44,326 bases of DNA, taken from positions 20,874,627 to 20,918,952 of the forward strand of contig NC_068985.1 in NCBI RefSeq assembly GCF_001194135.2. The letters are read 5' to 3'. The notes below the pieces were generated by a model. That model saw only the letters and a program-made list of their open reading frames with translations, had not been told where the DNA came from and made no database searches. Shown here one piece after another: positions 11,873 to 23,459 of this stretch (position 1 is its first letter; each line of letters begins with the position of its first letter). Made by a program: the position numbers and the translations under genes. This DNA comes from Octopus bimaculoides. Lineage: Eukaryota.

Positions 11873-12929
11873 ATATTGAGATCTGGGGACTGTGGTGTCC
11901 AGATAAGATGTTCAACTTCACTAGAATGTTCCTCGTGCCATTCAGTAACAACTTAAGCCTTGTGAATTGGTGCATTATCATCCTGAAAGATTGCCTTTCC
12001 CTCCGAAAACTGTTCTGCAGCCATAGGATGAATTTGGTCAGATAAAATGCTTAAATAGTCTTGACTATTAATTCTGCCATGAAGAGAAACCATTGGGCCG
12101 GCGGATTTCCAAGATATAGCCCCCTCAGATCATCACAGATCCTCCTCCATTTTTTACAGTTGGAAGAAGGCATTCTAGGTCAAATGCTTCTTTTGGCTGT
12201 CTCCACACATACACTTGGCTGGTGGTCAGAAATAAGGTAAAGGATGACTCATCTCAGAAAATAACATCCTTCCACTGCTCTGGGAACCAATTCTGTAGGT
12301 TTTTACTCCACTCTAAATGCTTTGCAACGTTTTTTTTTTTTTAAAGTAGTGNNNNNNNNNNAAATGCTTTGCAACGTTTTTTTTTTTTTAAAGTAGTGGC
12401 TCTCTGATTGTAGCCCTCCCGTGAAATCTGGCTTTGTGCAGCTCCCGGCAAGCAGTTTTTGTGGAAACTGGGTTCTTGAGGTAGTCATTAAGCTCTGCAG
12501 TAATTTTGGGAGCTGTACTTTAGTGAAGCCTTTCTAACAATTCGTGTAAGAGTCCAACAGTCCCTATCTGATAGTTTTGATTTTCTTCTGGAGTTTTGTT
12601 TTGACGAGGAGGTTTTTCCCTTTTCCCCAAAGGCTGCCATTACTTTTCAGAGAGTACTTCTTGATACACCAAACATTATGGCTGTTTTCGTTATGCTAGC
12701 ACTTGCCATACAAGCACCAACAATTTGACCACTTTGAAAGTCTGATAGAGCTGTCATTTTAATGAGTTTTAAATTACCTTTTTCTGATGATATCTGAAAA
12801 GAAACAGCAGTTTTAGCAAAACATATTAAGCAACACTAATAATAAATCAAAAAACTTAAAACGAAACAAGCTTTTGACGGTTTTATAGATATTTCAAAAT
12901 TATGCTGCCATTATTTTGTCCAACCCCTG
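11873..12929 (-). mobile_element. Tc1-family DNA transposon, defective; one TIR plus most of the transposase
   Basis: TA|CAGGGGTTGGACAAAATAATGG terminus at 12929 (minus). ATG at 12757: MTALSDFQSGQIVGA...VSTKTACRELHKARF; F*DES (first catalytic D), MIWGAISW, IFQDDNAPIH (second D), WTPQSPDLNI, broken just before the catalytic E. Stops and frameshifts present. Confidence 0.92.
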
Positions 12930-13059
12930 TATATATAGAATGTATGTGTGCATGTGTGTGGTGGTTATCTTTAAAAGGTAGGCAAGGAGATTTCAATATA
13001 AAAAATTTTTTAAACTATGAAATTCACAGATTAATGTAGTCAAGAGGAAAATTTAAAGA

Positions 13060-13600
13060 GCCTCTATAAATGCGCAGTGGATGACATCCCCAATAACAAC
13101 ATTTATGAGCATCCTAACCATCATAATAACACCAGTACTAGGGAGTAGGTGGATCCTAGAAGAACTTAAGAACCTTATAGCTAGCTCAAGGATCTGTTTT
13201 AAGCCTGCCAAGGCCTGTGGTGCTGAAGAAGTGGAATGTCATTAGCAAACTCTGTTGCTCAGTATCTAGAATTGCCATCCCTCCATTACAGAGCAACCAG
13301 TCAAGGGTCTGGGGAAGCTTTTTAGCTCAACTCTGAAACACTCTGCTACTGAAGATCAAATTGATGCAAATAAGATGATGGTTAGATAAAAACTGGATTT
13401 GGAGGCAAGACAATGTTTGAAGTGTCCGTGTGTTAATCAGGGATAGAGGTATATGATGATATTGTCAATTAGAATGATAAAATATTCAGGTTTCTGTGCC
13501 TGCATGGTAAGTTAAAAGTCCAAATTGTAAGCATTGAAGACAATGCTGGGTGACTTCAGATAAATAGAGATCAAGTGAGATAGATTTCTTTATGCAGAAT
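13060..13600 (+). mobile_element. Degenerate RT fragment resembling HERO-type (restriction-like-endonuclease clade) non-LTR element
   Basis: AVDDI at 13074-13088, then GSRWILEELKNLIASSRICFKPAK, VVLKK and PSITEQPVKGLGKLFSSTLK, matching recalled HERO-like RT motifs; frameshifted. Confidence 0.7.
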
Positions 13601-13685
13601 ACCAGATTATCAAACAACTGCTGGGTGTTGGAGGAGTTTCACAAGTCATAAAAACAATAAAATGAACTTGGAGGACTGAATCATC

Positions 13686-13785
13686 TTTTATCTCTTACTT
13701 GTTTCGGTCATTCCACTGTGGCCATGCTTGGCCACCGCCTTAAAGAATTTTTGGTCAAATGAATTGACCCCAAGGTATACTTATT
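13686..13785 (-). mobile_element. SINE 3' tail fragment (family of 9343-9607)
   Basis: tcttacttgtttcggtcattccactgtggccatgc...aattgacccca. Confidence 0.65.
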
Positions 13786-14904
13786 CCATCTGACCACTAT
13801 GTTACAGCAAAAGATGCATTATGTACATTAAACATATTATGTACACATTATACGTTTAATGTCCAACGCTGATTAAATTCACTGTACATAAACTAGGCTG
13901 AATATTAGACAGGCTATAGCATGTACTGAGTACTAAATTACATTTCTAACTACCAAGAACTACATGATAGATTGTGATGTATAGTCCCACAGCAGACTAA
14001 ATTATGACAGTTATTGAGAACTGGGCTTAAATCTGTTCAGGCAGGCTTGATTGGTAATACTCAGGCAACAGAAATAATCAGTTGGATGAAATTGTATCTC
14101 TACTTCCAGCTGAGCTTAAATAAACAACCAGCAAAGCTTGAATGGCATGTTTTTACCCTTGATTCTATTCAGAAAGCTTTATTAGTTTTCAATTCATTAT
14201 CCATGCCATTAAATCCTTGCCTTAGATATGTTTCGACCAATAAAATCTAAGCAATTTGTTTTTGTTGATATCTGTTCTGAATGACTGTCTACAAAATTTT
14301 ATGTAGTTTTCTTTCATTTCTCTTAACATCAACTCTGTTTGCAGTTTTTGTTTATACTCCCTTGTTTCCTGGTTATGATTATGTGAGGATTTTTTTTTTT
14401 CTATCATTGATAAAAGGCTACCTTTCAGCTAACTGTTCTTTGAAATATATTTTCTGACTTTATTTGTTGCTACTAGTTATTTGTTGCTACTAGTTTATAG
14501 ACAATACTATGAAACATTTGTACAAAAATAATGGGAAGTTTTGAAAGGAAATGTTAGCATTTGTTTCTGACAGGAAGGTTTCTTGTTTCTTTTAATGAAG
14601 CACTTCTTTCGATATTTGAATTAATTTGTTTCAAAATGTTTGTCAGCCATTGCAGAAATATACATAGGTACATCAGAAATGAGATTTTAAAAATATAGAA
14701 CTCTTTTTACTTCTATGCCCATGTGGGTCAAATAGTATCCACTGAGACAGATTTTCTGGGTCAGATGCACTTCCTGTCACCAACCCTCAACTGTATCCAA
14801 GCAAACAAATATTTCCTCGTGGGTGAACATAAATTTAATGTAAGACCAGAAACAAAGGATACCACTTATATGATGGTGACACTCTCTTCCAGAGGGACAC
14901 AAAC

Positions 14905-15035
<131 letters not shown>

Positions 15036-15051
15036 TACAAAACACACATTT

Positions 15052-15190
15052 ATAATACAGGTTTCTTTCAGTTTCCATCTTCCAGATCCGCTCACAAGGC
15101 TTTGGTTTACCTGAAGCTATAGGAGAAGACTGACTCTGAAACAATATGGTCAGGAAGTGAACTTCATGACCATGCAGTTATGCTTGTGCC
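15052..15190 (-). mobile_element. SINE head half (bipartite family), old
   Basis: caggtttctttcagtttccatc...cacaaggctttgg...gctataggagaagac resembles 27545-27633. Confidence 0.6.
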
Positions 15191-15516
15191 TTATGAATAT
15201 ACATTTATAAGCATATTAGTGGCATTTTAAATGTTAAAGATATGGATTAAAGATCTTATTGTATTTAGCACCATATATCATTATTCTGAGTCCTAATACT
15301 GCTTGATTGAATTTTGATCCATAATACATTTACAGCCTATAGCTTATTTGGCTCAGTTCAGTCTGTTATACTTTCTCTCCTTCCAAAATTTGAATCTATG
15401 CCTAACAAAAAAAAATATATATATATTTTTATCAATTTCAGAATCTTTGAATCAGCTCAGTACAATTTACAAAATATTAATGAGAATCTAATTAGTCTTT
15501 TCAGTGTATCATCATT

Positions 15517-15780
15517 CAGTGCCCCTGGACTGGCTCTTGTGCGGGTGGCACATAAAAGACACCATTTCGAGCGTGGCCGTTTTCGTGCGGGTGACACGTA
15601 AAAGCACCCACTACACTCTCTGAGTGGTTGGCGTTAGGAAGGGCATCCAGCTGTAGAAACTCTGCCAAATTAGATTGGAGCCTGGTGTTGCCATCCGGTT
15701 TCACCAGTCCTCAGTCAAATCGTCCAACCCATGCTAGCATGGAAGGCGGACGTTAAACGATGATGATGATGATGATGATG
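15517..15780 (+). mobile_element. Young RTE-type 3' end with terminal palindrome and (GAT)n tail
   Basis: CpG-rich; ...gagtggttggcgttaggaagggcatccagctgtagaaac...ccatgctagcatgg...gttaaacgatgatgat; near-identical reversed copies at 29901 and 34928. Confidence 0.88.
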
Positions 15781-16152
15781 ATTAAATCTTTTTCAATATG
15801 ATGATGATCTTAGGAAAAGACATTGCTTCTATGTTAAACTGTATTTGGAAGTATATATAGGCTGCTTCATCAATTACTAACCAGGTGACCTGAGATGCTA
15901 GCTTATTTTTAGATTTGATCAATTCAGAACTAGTGATAGTTCAATTTGATTCAGAAAAAGATTGAAATAATTTCTGAATTAAAGATTACTTATCTAAATC
16001 AATAATAAATAGCACCATTTGTTATCTTAAATCATGTTATAATTTCATTAATGATTGAAGAAGAAAAAATACAAATCTTCAGCAAACTTCATGTTCATTT
16101 ACTGGAATGAAAGTTATTCCTGTTGAGAATACTCTGATAGTAACTTTTAGTT

Positions 16153-16307
16153 TTGTGGTTGTCTTGTAAGAAGTTTGTTTCCCCAGCACATGGTTCCAGA
16201 TTCAGTCTAACAATGTGGCACCTTGGGCATGTATCTTCTGCTATAGTCTTGGACTGATCAAAGCTTTTGGTTGACAGGAACTGGAAGAAGTTCATCATGT
16301 ATCTGTG

Positions 16308-16384
<77 letters not shown>

Positions 16385-16544
16385 GTGTTTGTTTGTAACA
16401 TTCAGTTTTGGTTTGTTTACATCCCCATAACTTGGCAGTTTGGCAAAAAGAAACCAATAGAATAAGTACTGTTGATTTAGCCAACTAAAACCCTTTAAGG
16501 TGGTGTCCCAGCATGGCCACAGTTTAATGACTACAACAAGTAAA
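16153..16544 (+). mobile_element. Bipartite SINE, old, with internal (TA)n
   Basis: gtggcaccttgggcatgtatcttctgctatag head half; (TA)n at ~16313-16380; ccagcatggccacagtttaatgactacaacaagtaaa tail. Confidence 0.75.
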
Positions 16545-17089
16545 CGGTAGGAGATAATTGTCATATGCACTGTGAATAATGTGGTGATTTATTATCAAAT
16601 GGTGGATATCAGCATGGATCAGCAAACTGTTTATTCACTTGTTAGATTTATTAATCTGGGGGTACTTCTGGCTAACGAAACATAATGACGTTGAAACACC
16701 AACTGTCACAGAATCTCTTGTGCTGATGAATCAAGTGTGTCATGAACATATATTGATCATAAAGGAGCTGTTCTCCTATGATGGAACATAACAGTGATTA
16801 ACATATTCCCATTGAAATCTGCCAGAATGCATTGAGAGTAAAAATGCAATTTATCATTACATTTATTTGGATATTCTAAAATTCATTTATTAAACATGCT
16901 GTTCTGAAAGGTCTTTTCTTTCAAATTTACAAATACGGTAACTCTTGAAAATCATAGGACTGAGGAACCATTTAAGTATAATTCTGAACCTAATATGTGA
17001 GTTAATAAAAAAAGGAGACATTATTTCCCTTTAAAATCATTAGGATTTCTTTAACCTACATAGATATAATCTAATATTTATATAAGAAT

Positions 17090-17304
17090 ATGGTGGTGAG
17101 CTGGCAGAAATATTAGCACACAGGGCAAAATGCTTAGTGGTATTTCGTCTGTCTTTACATTCTGAGTTCAAATTCTGCTGAGGTCGACTTTGCCTTTCAT
17201 CCTTTCAGGGTCAATAAATTAAGTATCAGTTGCATACTGGGGTTGATCTAATCAACTGGCCCCCTCCCCCAAAAATGTTGGGCCTTGTGTCTAGAGTAGA
17301 AAAG
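17090..17304 (+). mobile_element. tRNA-headed SINE (ggtggtgagctggcagaa family), copy 1 of a tandem pair
   Basis: ggtggtgagctggcagaa...gagttcaaattc...gactttgcctttcatcctttc...ggccttgtgtctagagtagaaaagaat. Confidence 0.85.
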
Positions 17305-17321
17305 AATATTTATATAAGAAT

Positions 17322-17522
17322 ATGGTGGTGAGCTGGCAGAATTGTTAGAACACAGAGCAAAATGCTAAGCAGCATTTCGTCAGTCTTTACATGCTGAGTT
17401 CAAATTCTGCCAAGGTCATCTTTGCCTTTCCTCCTTTTAAGGTCAATAAAATAAGTACCAGCTGAGTATTAGGGTTGATGTAATTGACATGTCCACTCCC
17501 TGAATTTGCTGGTTTTGTGCCA
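17322..17522 (+). mobile_element. Same SINE superfamily, copy 2 (more diverged)
   Basis: Same head and body; different 3' part (cctgaatttgctggttttgtgcc). Confidence 0.8.
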
Positions 17523-17715
17523 GTCTGTTAATGTATTGATTGCAAGGTCAAGACTTATCAAAAGTAAAACCATATTAATACAAGCAATTAATATAGTTAA
17601 TATAATTGATATAATTTAGGAAATTAATATATTTAATCAAATGACTTTGGTAATTAATATAATTACTTAATATGATTAAGGTTGTGGTAGTGGTATTGAA
17701 TTAACTACTGTTATG

Positions 17716-18609
17716 TCACCAGATCTCTTCAATTATCATAGTGAATTGATCATAAGAGAACTGGAGAAGAAAAAATGGTTTTAGAGGAGGAGGCAGAAAC
17801 ATCACAGGCATCAGATATGCAGATGACGCAGACTTACTTTCTGAAATGGAAAAGGAACTTCAGAGACTTCTGGATATAGTGGTCAGAGAAAGTGAGAAGA
17901 GTTTGTTCATTAATTGCAAGAAGACAGAGTGCATGGTGGAGACAAAAAAGGGAATCCCAAAGGGCATGCTGAAAGCGAGCAATCAAATCATTAAGCAGGT
18001 ATCGTCCTTCAACTACCTTGGAACATTGATCACAGAAGATGCAAGATATGTAAAGGAGATCAAAAGATGAATAGTACTGGCAAAATCTACATTCTCAAAA
18101 TTCCATAACATCTTGAGAAACTGTACTCTGAGCATTAAAACCAAGATCCATATATTGAACTGCTGTGTCTACCTTGTGTTAATATATGGAAGTGAGGCAT
18201 GGTCTATAACATCAGAAATGAGAAGGTGCCTAGAGAGCTGTGAAATGTGGTTCTTCAGGAGAGTATTAAGGATTGCATAGACAAAGTGTCTAATGAAGAA
18301 GTAATGACCCAGGTTGTGGTAAATAGAAAACTGCTTCATGAGATAAGGGCCAAGCAACTGAGATTTTTTGGTCATATGATGAGGAAAGAGGAGTTGGAGA
18401 ACTTAGTGGTGACCAGAAAGATTGAAGGGAAAAGAACCAGAGGAAGGAGAAGGATGATATGGATGTGAAACTTGACAAATGGGTTGGAAGAAAGAAGCAT
18501 TAAATATTAGGAAGTGGAACTGTTGCAGAAAACAAAGAACAGAGAGTTCTTGTGGCAGGACATGATCACCTATGTCCTACATTCTGGACGTGGTACCTAA
18601 AGAAGAAGA
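17716..18609 (+). mobile_element. RTE/BovB-like LINE, 5'-truncated RT and C-terminus with (GAA) tail, defective
   Basis: SPDLFNYHSE, GIRYADD (YADD 17816-17827), INCKKTECMV, FNYLGTLITED, LIYGSEAW, CEMWFFRRVL, QLRFFGHMMR, IEGKRTRGRRR; ends acctaaagaagaaga. Confidence 0.93.
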
Positions 18610-19905
18610 TTCTCATCCCACATCACAAGTTCAAAAATCATTTTCCATTTCTCTGAGTTTGAATATACAGCCATAGTGATTGAAATTCTAACACAACCAA
18701 ATTCACATTAGAGGCAATGACATATGAAAGTTCAACACATCGTCATCATATGTCTGCTTTTCTAAGTGAACATATGATGGCAATGGTAGCAGTAGTGGTA
18801 GAGATGGTGGTGATAGTAGCAGCAGTGGCAGCATCAACAGCAGTGATTATGACAATGATCTATTGAAATTTCATGATTTCATCTCCTATATGAATGTTAT
18901 TGCCATTACTTGGCCCATCAATTTGATACGCATGTAGTTGTCTCCTTCTAAAGCATCTCTATTTTCTCTTTGTTGCACTTGGTAATAACACTGCCCAGTC
19001 AGTCACTGGAAATGACTCTTCCCTGTACTATGTAAGTGACCAGCTTGTGTCATACTTTGCCAGATATTTTTCAACAGCTCATCAACTATCCCTGATGTTC
19101 CAGCTGCTTTTCTGCCTTTGTATATTTAATTGCACGTTTGTATGTATGACTGTCATCTTCAATAGCTGCTCCCTCTGTTAGGTCTATCTAGGTAGACCTC
19201 TCTCTCTCCATAAAACCCCTGCTATAACAGATGCTCTAGCATGGCCACAGTCCAGTGACTGAAACAAGTAAGCAATAAAATACAATTAACCAGATTATAC
19301 AATCGTCTTTATGTAATTAAGCAAAATCAGTTATACTATTCACGGACTGGTGTTAATTCAATCACTCATACTCAATACTAGCATTGTTTCAATGTAAAAA
19401 TCAGTAGACATAGTAGAAATGGATGAAAAAAATATGTTTGCTGCTGAGGAAAGTTACCTTTATTTGCCACTTGGTGATGAGATAAGTGGCTCAACTATGG
19501 AAATACAATATTTGAGACAAATCTTTATTGTTTGTTTGTTTTCCTTCTTTTCATTGCAGTACTTATCACTATTATCATCATTAATATTAACTATGATTGA
19601 AATCATTAACCCAATATTTAGTTCTGCTTTGAATTGAAGGGAAGATGTCTTCAATTATATTTCTCAGATTACCCTATTTTTTCATGTTTAAATAGCACCC
19701 ATAATTTAGTGTTAAATCTTGGGTACAAAATTATTTCCCTTTATATTCGAACTTGATACCAGCTTCATCTTTTATATAAGTCACACCCCAGTTTTTCAGT
19801 TAAAATTAAGTATGAAATAGTGCAACTTACACACAAACATATACTGTATATTGCTTTAAATGTTATGAATTCTTTCCTAAATTTATTTATTACAATTCTT
19901 TGCAG

Positions 19906-20058
19906 ATCGAAGTCTTAAGCCCAAAGCACAATGGTGCTGTTGAAGGAACTGATCAAGAATCAAAAAAAGCACATTCCTCTGCAAGTATCAAAGGCATGTG
20001 GAAAAAAGCAGTTAAAAGCTTGAAGAGTAATAGTGGAGAGCCAAAACCCACTCGACTG
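19906..20058 (+). CDS. Internal coding exon of an unidentified host gene (IEVLSPKHNGAVEGTDQESKKAHSSASIKGMWKKAVKSLKSNSGEPKPTRL)
   Basis: Acceptor tttattacaattctttgcag|, donor |gtgaga; 153 nt = 51 codons, phase 0-0, open frame, non-repetitive and richer in purines than its flanks. Protein family not recognised. Confidence 0.8.
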
Positions 20059-20525
20059 GTGAGAATTACTTATTTTTCTTCTATATATATATATATGTTT
20101 ATTATTATCATAATGTATGTAAAAAGACAAATACTATTGCAGCTTTGATTTCAGGAAAAAGTTTTAAACTCTGTGTATGGGTCTTATTTCTCAATCCTAA
20201 TTAAATATGGTGTGATAAGAAATTGTATGTGTGTGTGTGTAATGTAAATAGTCCAATGAAAATTACATAGCCAAGACTTTAACAAAACTTGAGAAAGGTA
20301 CAATAATTTGCCCTACTGCCTAACCATTGTAGGGAGTGTGAGAGAGACAGAAATTGCAGGAAACATGTTGTGTGTGCGTGCATTGAAATTTTTACATATC
20401 AATCTATAATAATAAATGCGAAAGTGAATGTCAGTGTGTCACACTTTTTCAACTTTACTCCGACCCCTCTCTCACTATTCAATGACACTTCTACTGTTCC
20501 TCATGTTTTACCCCTCTCTTCTTCT

Positions 20526-20840
20526 TTATTATTATTATTGAGGTCACTGCCTAGAATTGAACTCGGAATCTTGGGGTTAGTAACCCATGCTCTTAACCAC
20601 TATGCCCACAGGCATATGGCATAGTGGTTAAGAGTGCAGGCTACTAACCCCAAGATTCCGAGCTTGATTCCAGGCAGTGACCTGAATAATAATAATAATA
20701 TCATAAAATACCTTAGGAATGAGAACCTAGGTTCAAAATTTTCCCAAGACACCTGATGAAGCCTGGAAGGTATATCAGCCAAAACACTGTGATAACAACA
20801 AACAAGACGAGGACAAATATCCATCAAATGTAAATAATGT
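20526..20840. mobile_element. Head-to-head tRNA-headed/hammerhead element, locus A (left arm truncated at the (ATT)n)
   Basis: Reverse tRNA-like head 20541-20606, forward head 20618-20683, (AAT)n, conserved 60-nt block, HHR-like motif 20748-20794, tail to 20840. Confidence 0.85.
20748..20794 (+). ncRNA. Degenerate minimal type-I hammerhead-like motif
   Basis: GACAC-CTGATGA-a-GcCTG gaaggtatat CAGCC-aAAA-cact-GTGaT; G12 is mutated and stem II has one mismatch. Confidence 0.55.
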
Positions 20841-21106
20841 ATTGTTCTATATTGTTCAGAATAGTTTATATTGCATAGGATGACCTATATTCTATTGGGT
20901 GGTCTATATTATCTATTATGGGTATTTTATTTTTATTAATAACCTTCGGTTGGGTTATGTTATTGATAAATAAACTAGTGTGAATATTTTTGAGTAAATG
21001 TAAGTAGAGGTATATGTAGATTAAGTTTCTAAATAATTGTATGAAAGGATTTCATGGTTTCACTACAAGAGTAGTATGAGCTGAAATAATAAATCTAAAT
21101 GAATGC

Positions 21107-21145
<39 letters not shown>

Positions 21146-21548
21146 ATGGAGAATGCATAAGGTTCTGAGGTCCCTTTATTGGTGGTGGTGGTGGTGGTGA
21201 TGGANNNNNNNNNNCTGAGGTCCCTTTATTGGTGGTGGTGGTGGTGGTGATGGAGGAAGGCAGTGTTGGTGACGATGGCAATGACGGTATATGTAGATAC
21301 ATATCTGCATTCAGTTATAGGAATATACAGATATTCACATACACATGCTTTGGATGTGATTACGTTTCTTTCCAAGGAATGAAAGATGAGTGGCTCTGGT
21401 TGAATATATGTTTGTTTACATATACATGCATGTATTCAATGTCGGATTACATTTTCCTTGAAGAAACGTAGGTTATATTACTAGTGTATAATATTACAAA
21501 TCTGATTTATGCTAGGCTTATGTATTTTTTCATTTACTTGATCATTTA

Positions 21549-21595
<47 letters not shown>

Positions 21596-22039
21596 TGTTA
21601 ATGTGGTATTCAATCACACATCATATACTTCCTATTTATCTTTCTCCCTTTATCAGATGACTTTGTTGGGCTTGCCTCATTTTTTTTTCATTCTGCTTCA
21701 TTGCTATGAATTCTTTTGCCAGAATTTATTTTTTCTCCATATCTACCTAAATTTTAAATGTATACAAACGTGTGATAGCTTTCTATGTTATTCTAATATA
21801 TTAATACACTTATTCAGTTATAAATGTTTTAGAATCATCTGAAATATTTTACAAAATAGTTTTTTTATTTCATCATGGAAGAGCTGTTTTTATCATTTAA
21901 AAACACAAAACTTGTTAAAATCATATTCCATTAATTTCTAGAGGTGTCAAACTTTTGTCATACACCTGTAACTGGGTCAATGATGCATCTCCTCTGCAGT
22001 AACCACATTGCAGGTGTATGATGAAAATTCCAGATATTC

Positions 22040-22386
22040 TTTTATTCTTTTGCTTGTTTCAGTCATTTGACTGTGGCCATGCTGGAGTGCCCCCTTTAGT
22101 CGAATGAATTGACCCCAGGACTTATTCTTTGTAAGCCTAGTACTTATTCTATTGGTGTCTTTTGTTGAACCACTAAGTTACAGGGATGTAAACACACTAA
22201 CATCTGTTGTCAAGCAATGGGGGACAAACACACACACACACACACACATATATATATGACGGGCTTCTTTCAGTTTCCGTCAACCAAATCCACTCACAAG
22301 GCTTTGATTGACCCATAACTATAGTAGAAGACACTTGCCCAAGATGCCATGCAATAGTTGGGAAGCGAGCTTCTTACCACACAGTC
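22040..22386 (-). mobile_element. Bipartite SINE with internal (CA)n(TA)n
   Basis: cttgtttcagtcatttgactgtggccatgctggag tail ... gacgggcttctttcagtttccgtc...cacttgcccaag head. Confidence 0.85.
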
Positions 22387-23068
22387 AAGCCAAGCAGAAA
22401 CTAGAATAAAGGTTCTAATTTTTGCTTCCATAACTGGAATTTCTTCTATAAACCTTCTACATATTCAGTGATAATCACTAACTCATTAATTAAGGCTTCC
22501 TGTTCATATTTCATTTCATTTAACAAGAGGTATATGCTCAAACATAATCTTTGTGATTTTTTTTTTTTTGTTTGTTTTAGTTAATGAATGTCTGAATAAA
22601 TAAATCAATGTTATAAGGCTGTTTAATGTTTGTATTTCCATAATTCCCCAATCATTGTTAAAATCTTTAGAACATAGGGCAATGACAGAATTGTTAGGAC
22701 ATTGGATGAGTTGTCTTGTGGTACTTTAGCTGGCTTTTTACATTCTACATTCCTTGGTTGTAGATATAATCCATAGCCTGGTTTATTGGGTACCTTTCGA
22801 AGAGTGAACTCTACTAAATATACCCAACTCTATTGAATATATCCACCACTTGATCTTTAGGTATCTTTGGTAGAGTTCATTCAGTCAAAAGCATCAGGTC
22901 AGGTTCTGGTCTGAGGATAACTTCTTCTCATCAGTCTTAGAGGCCAAAACAGAAACTAAATGGCCCAAGAGTGTTTCCCTTCTCACATTGAATAAATAGT
23001 AATTCATTTAGTACATTATTTACATTACTTACATTTGACAGATATTTGTCCTCATCTTGTTTGTTGTT

Positions 23069-23111
23069 AACACATTTTGGCTGATATACCCTCCAGCCTT
23101 CATTAGGTGTC
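23069..23111 (-). ncRNA. Degenerate minimal hammerhead-like motif
   Basis: Minus strand GACAC-CTaATGA-a-GGCTG gagggtatat CAGCC-aAAA-t-GTGTT; stem I (GACAC/GTGTT) and stem II are intact, G5 and G12 are mutated, stem III is shortened. Confidence 0.55.
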
Positions 23112-23185
23112 TTGGGGAAATTTTGAACCTGGGTTCTCATTCCTAAGGTATTTTTCGATATTGTTGTTATTATTATTATTATTAC

Positions 23186-23220
<35 letters not shown>

Positions 23221-23459
23221 TCACTGCCAGGAATCGAACTCGGAATCTTGGGGTTAGGAGCCCGCGCTCTTAACCACTACACCATATGTCCGTGGGCATA
23301 GTGGTTAAGAGCACAGGCTCCTAACCCCAAGATTCCAAGTTCGATTCTAGGCAGTGACCTAAATAATAATAATAATGATAATAATAAAAATAATAATAAC
23401 AACAACAATATTGAAAAATACCTTAGGAATGAGAACCCAGGTTCGAAATTTCCCCAAAT

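Noticed and set aside
12315-12398. 37-bp direct repeat flanking a 10-N gap inside the Tc1
   Set aside because: Identical sequence on both sides of a placeholder gap indicates an unmerged contig overlap, not biology.
16723-16750. CTGATGA followed by tca...tga as a hammerhead
   Set aside because: No GAAA, no stem I or III support and a single copy; expected by chance in 44 kb.
21165-21254. 40-bp direct repeat flanking a 10-N gap
   Set aside because: Same assembly-overlap artefact.
21640-21968. Possible second Tc1-like terminus (TA-CAGGTGTATGACAAAAGTTTGACACC on the minus strand)
   Set aside because: Only one TIR-like end, and no readable transposase motifs.
22915-22950. CTGAGGA (plus) and CTGATGA (minus) motifs in the two-copy repeat as hammerheads
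   Set aside because: No stem II closing onto GAAA on either strand, and the second copy at 25.3 kb does not conserve the cores.
23294-23360. tRNA-like sequences (also 20618-20683, 6084-6150, 8645-8710) as true tRNA genes
   Set aside because: A/B boxes and an anticodon-like loop are present, but no complete acceptor stem, and each continues into repeat bodies; these are SINE-type heads.
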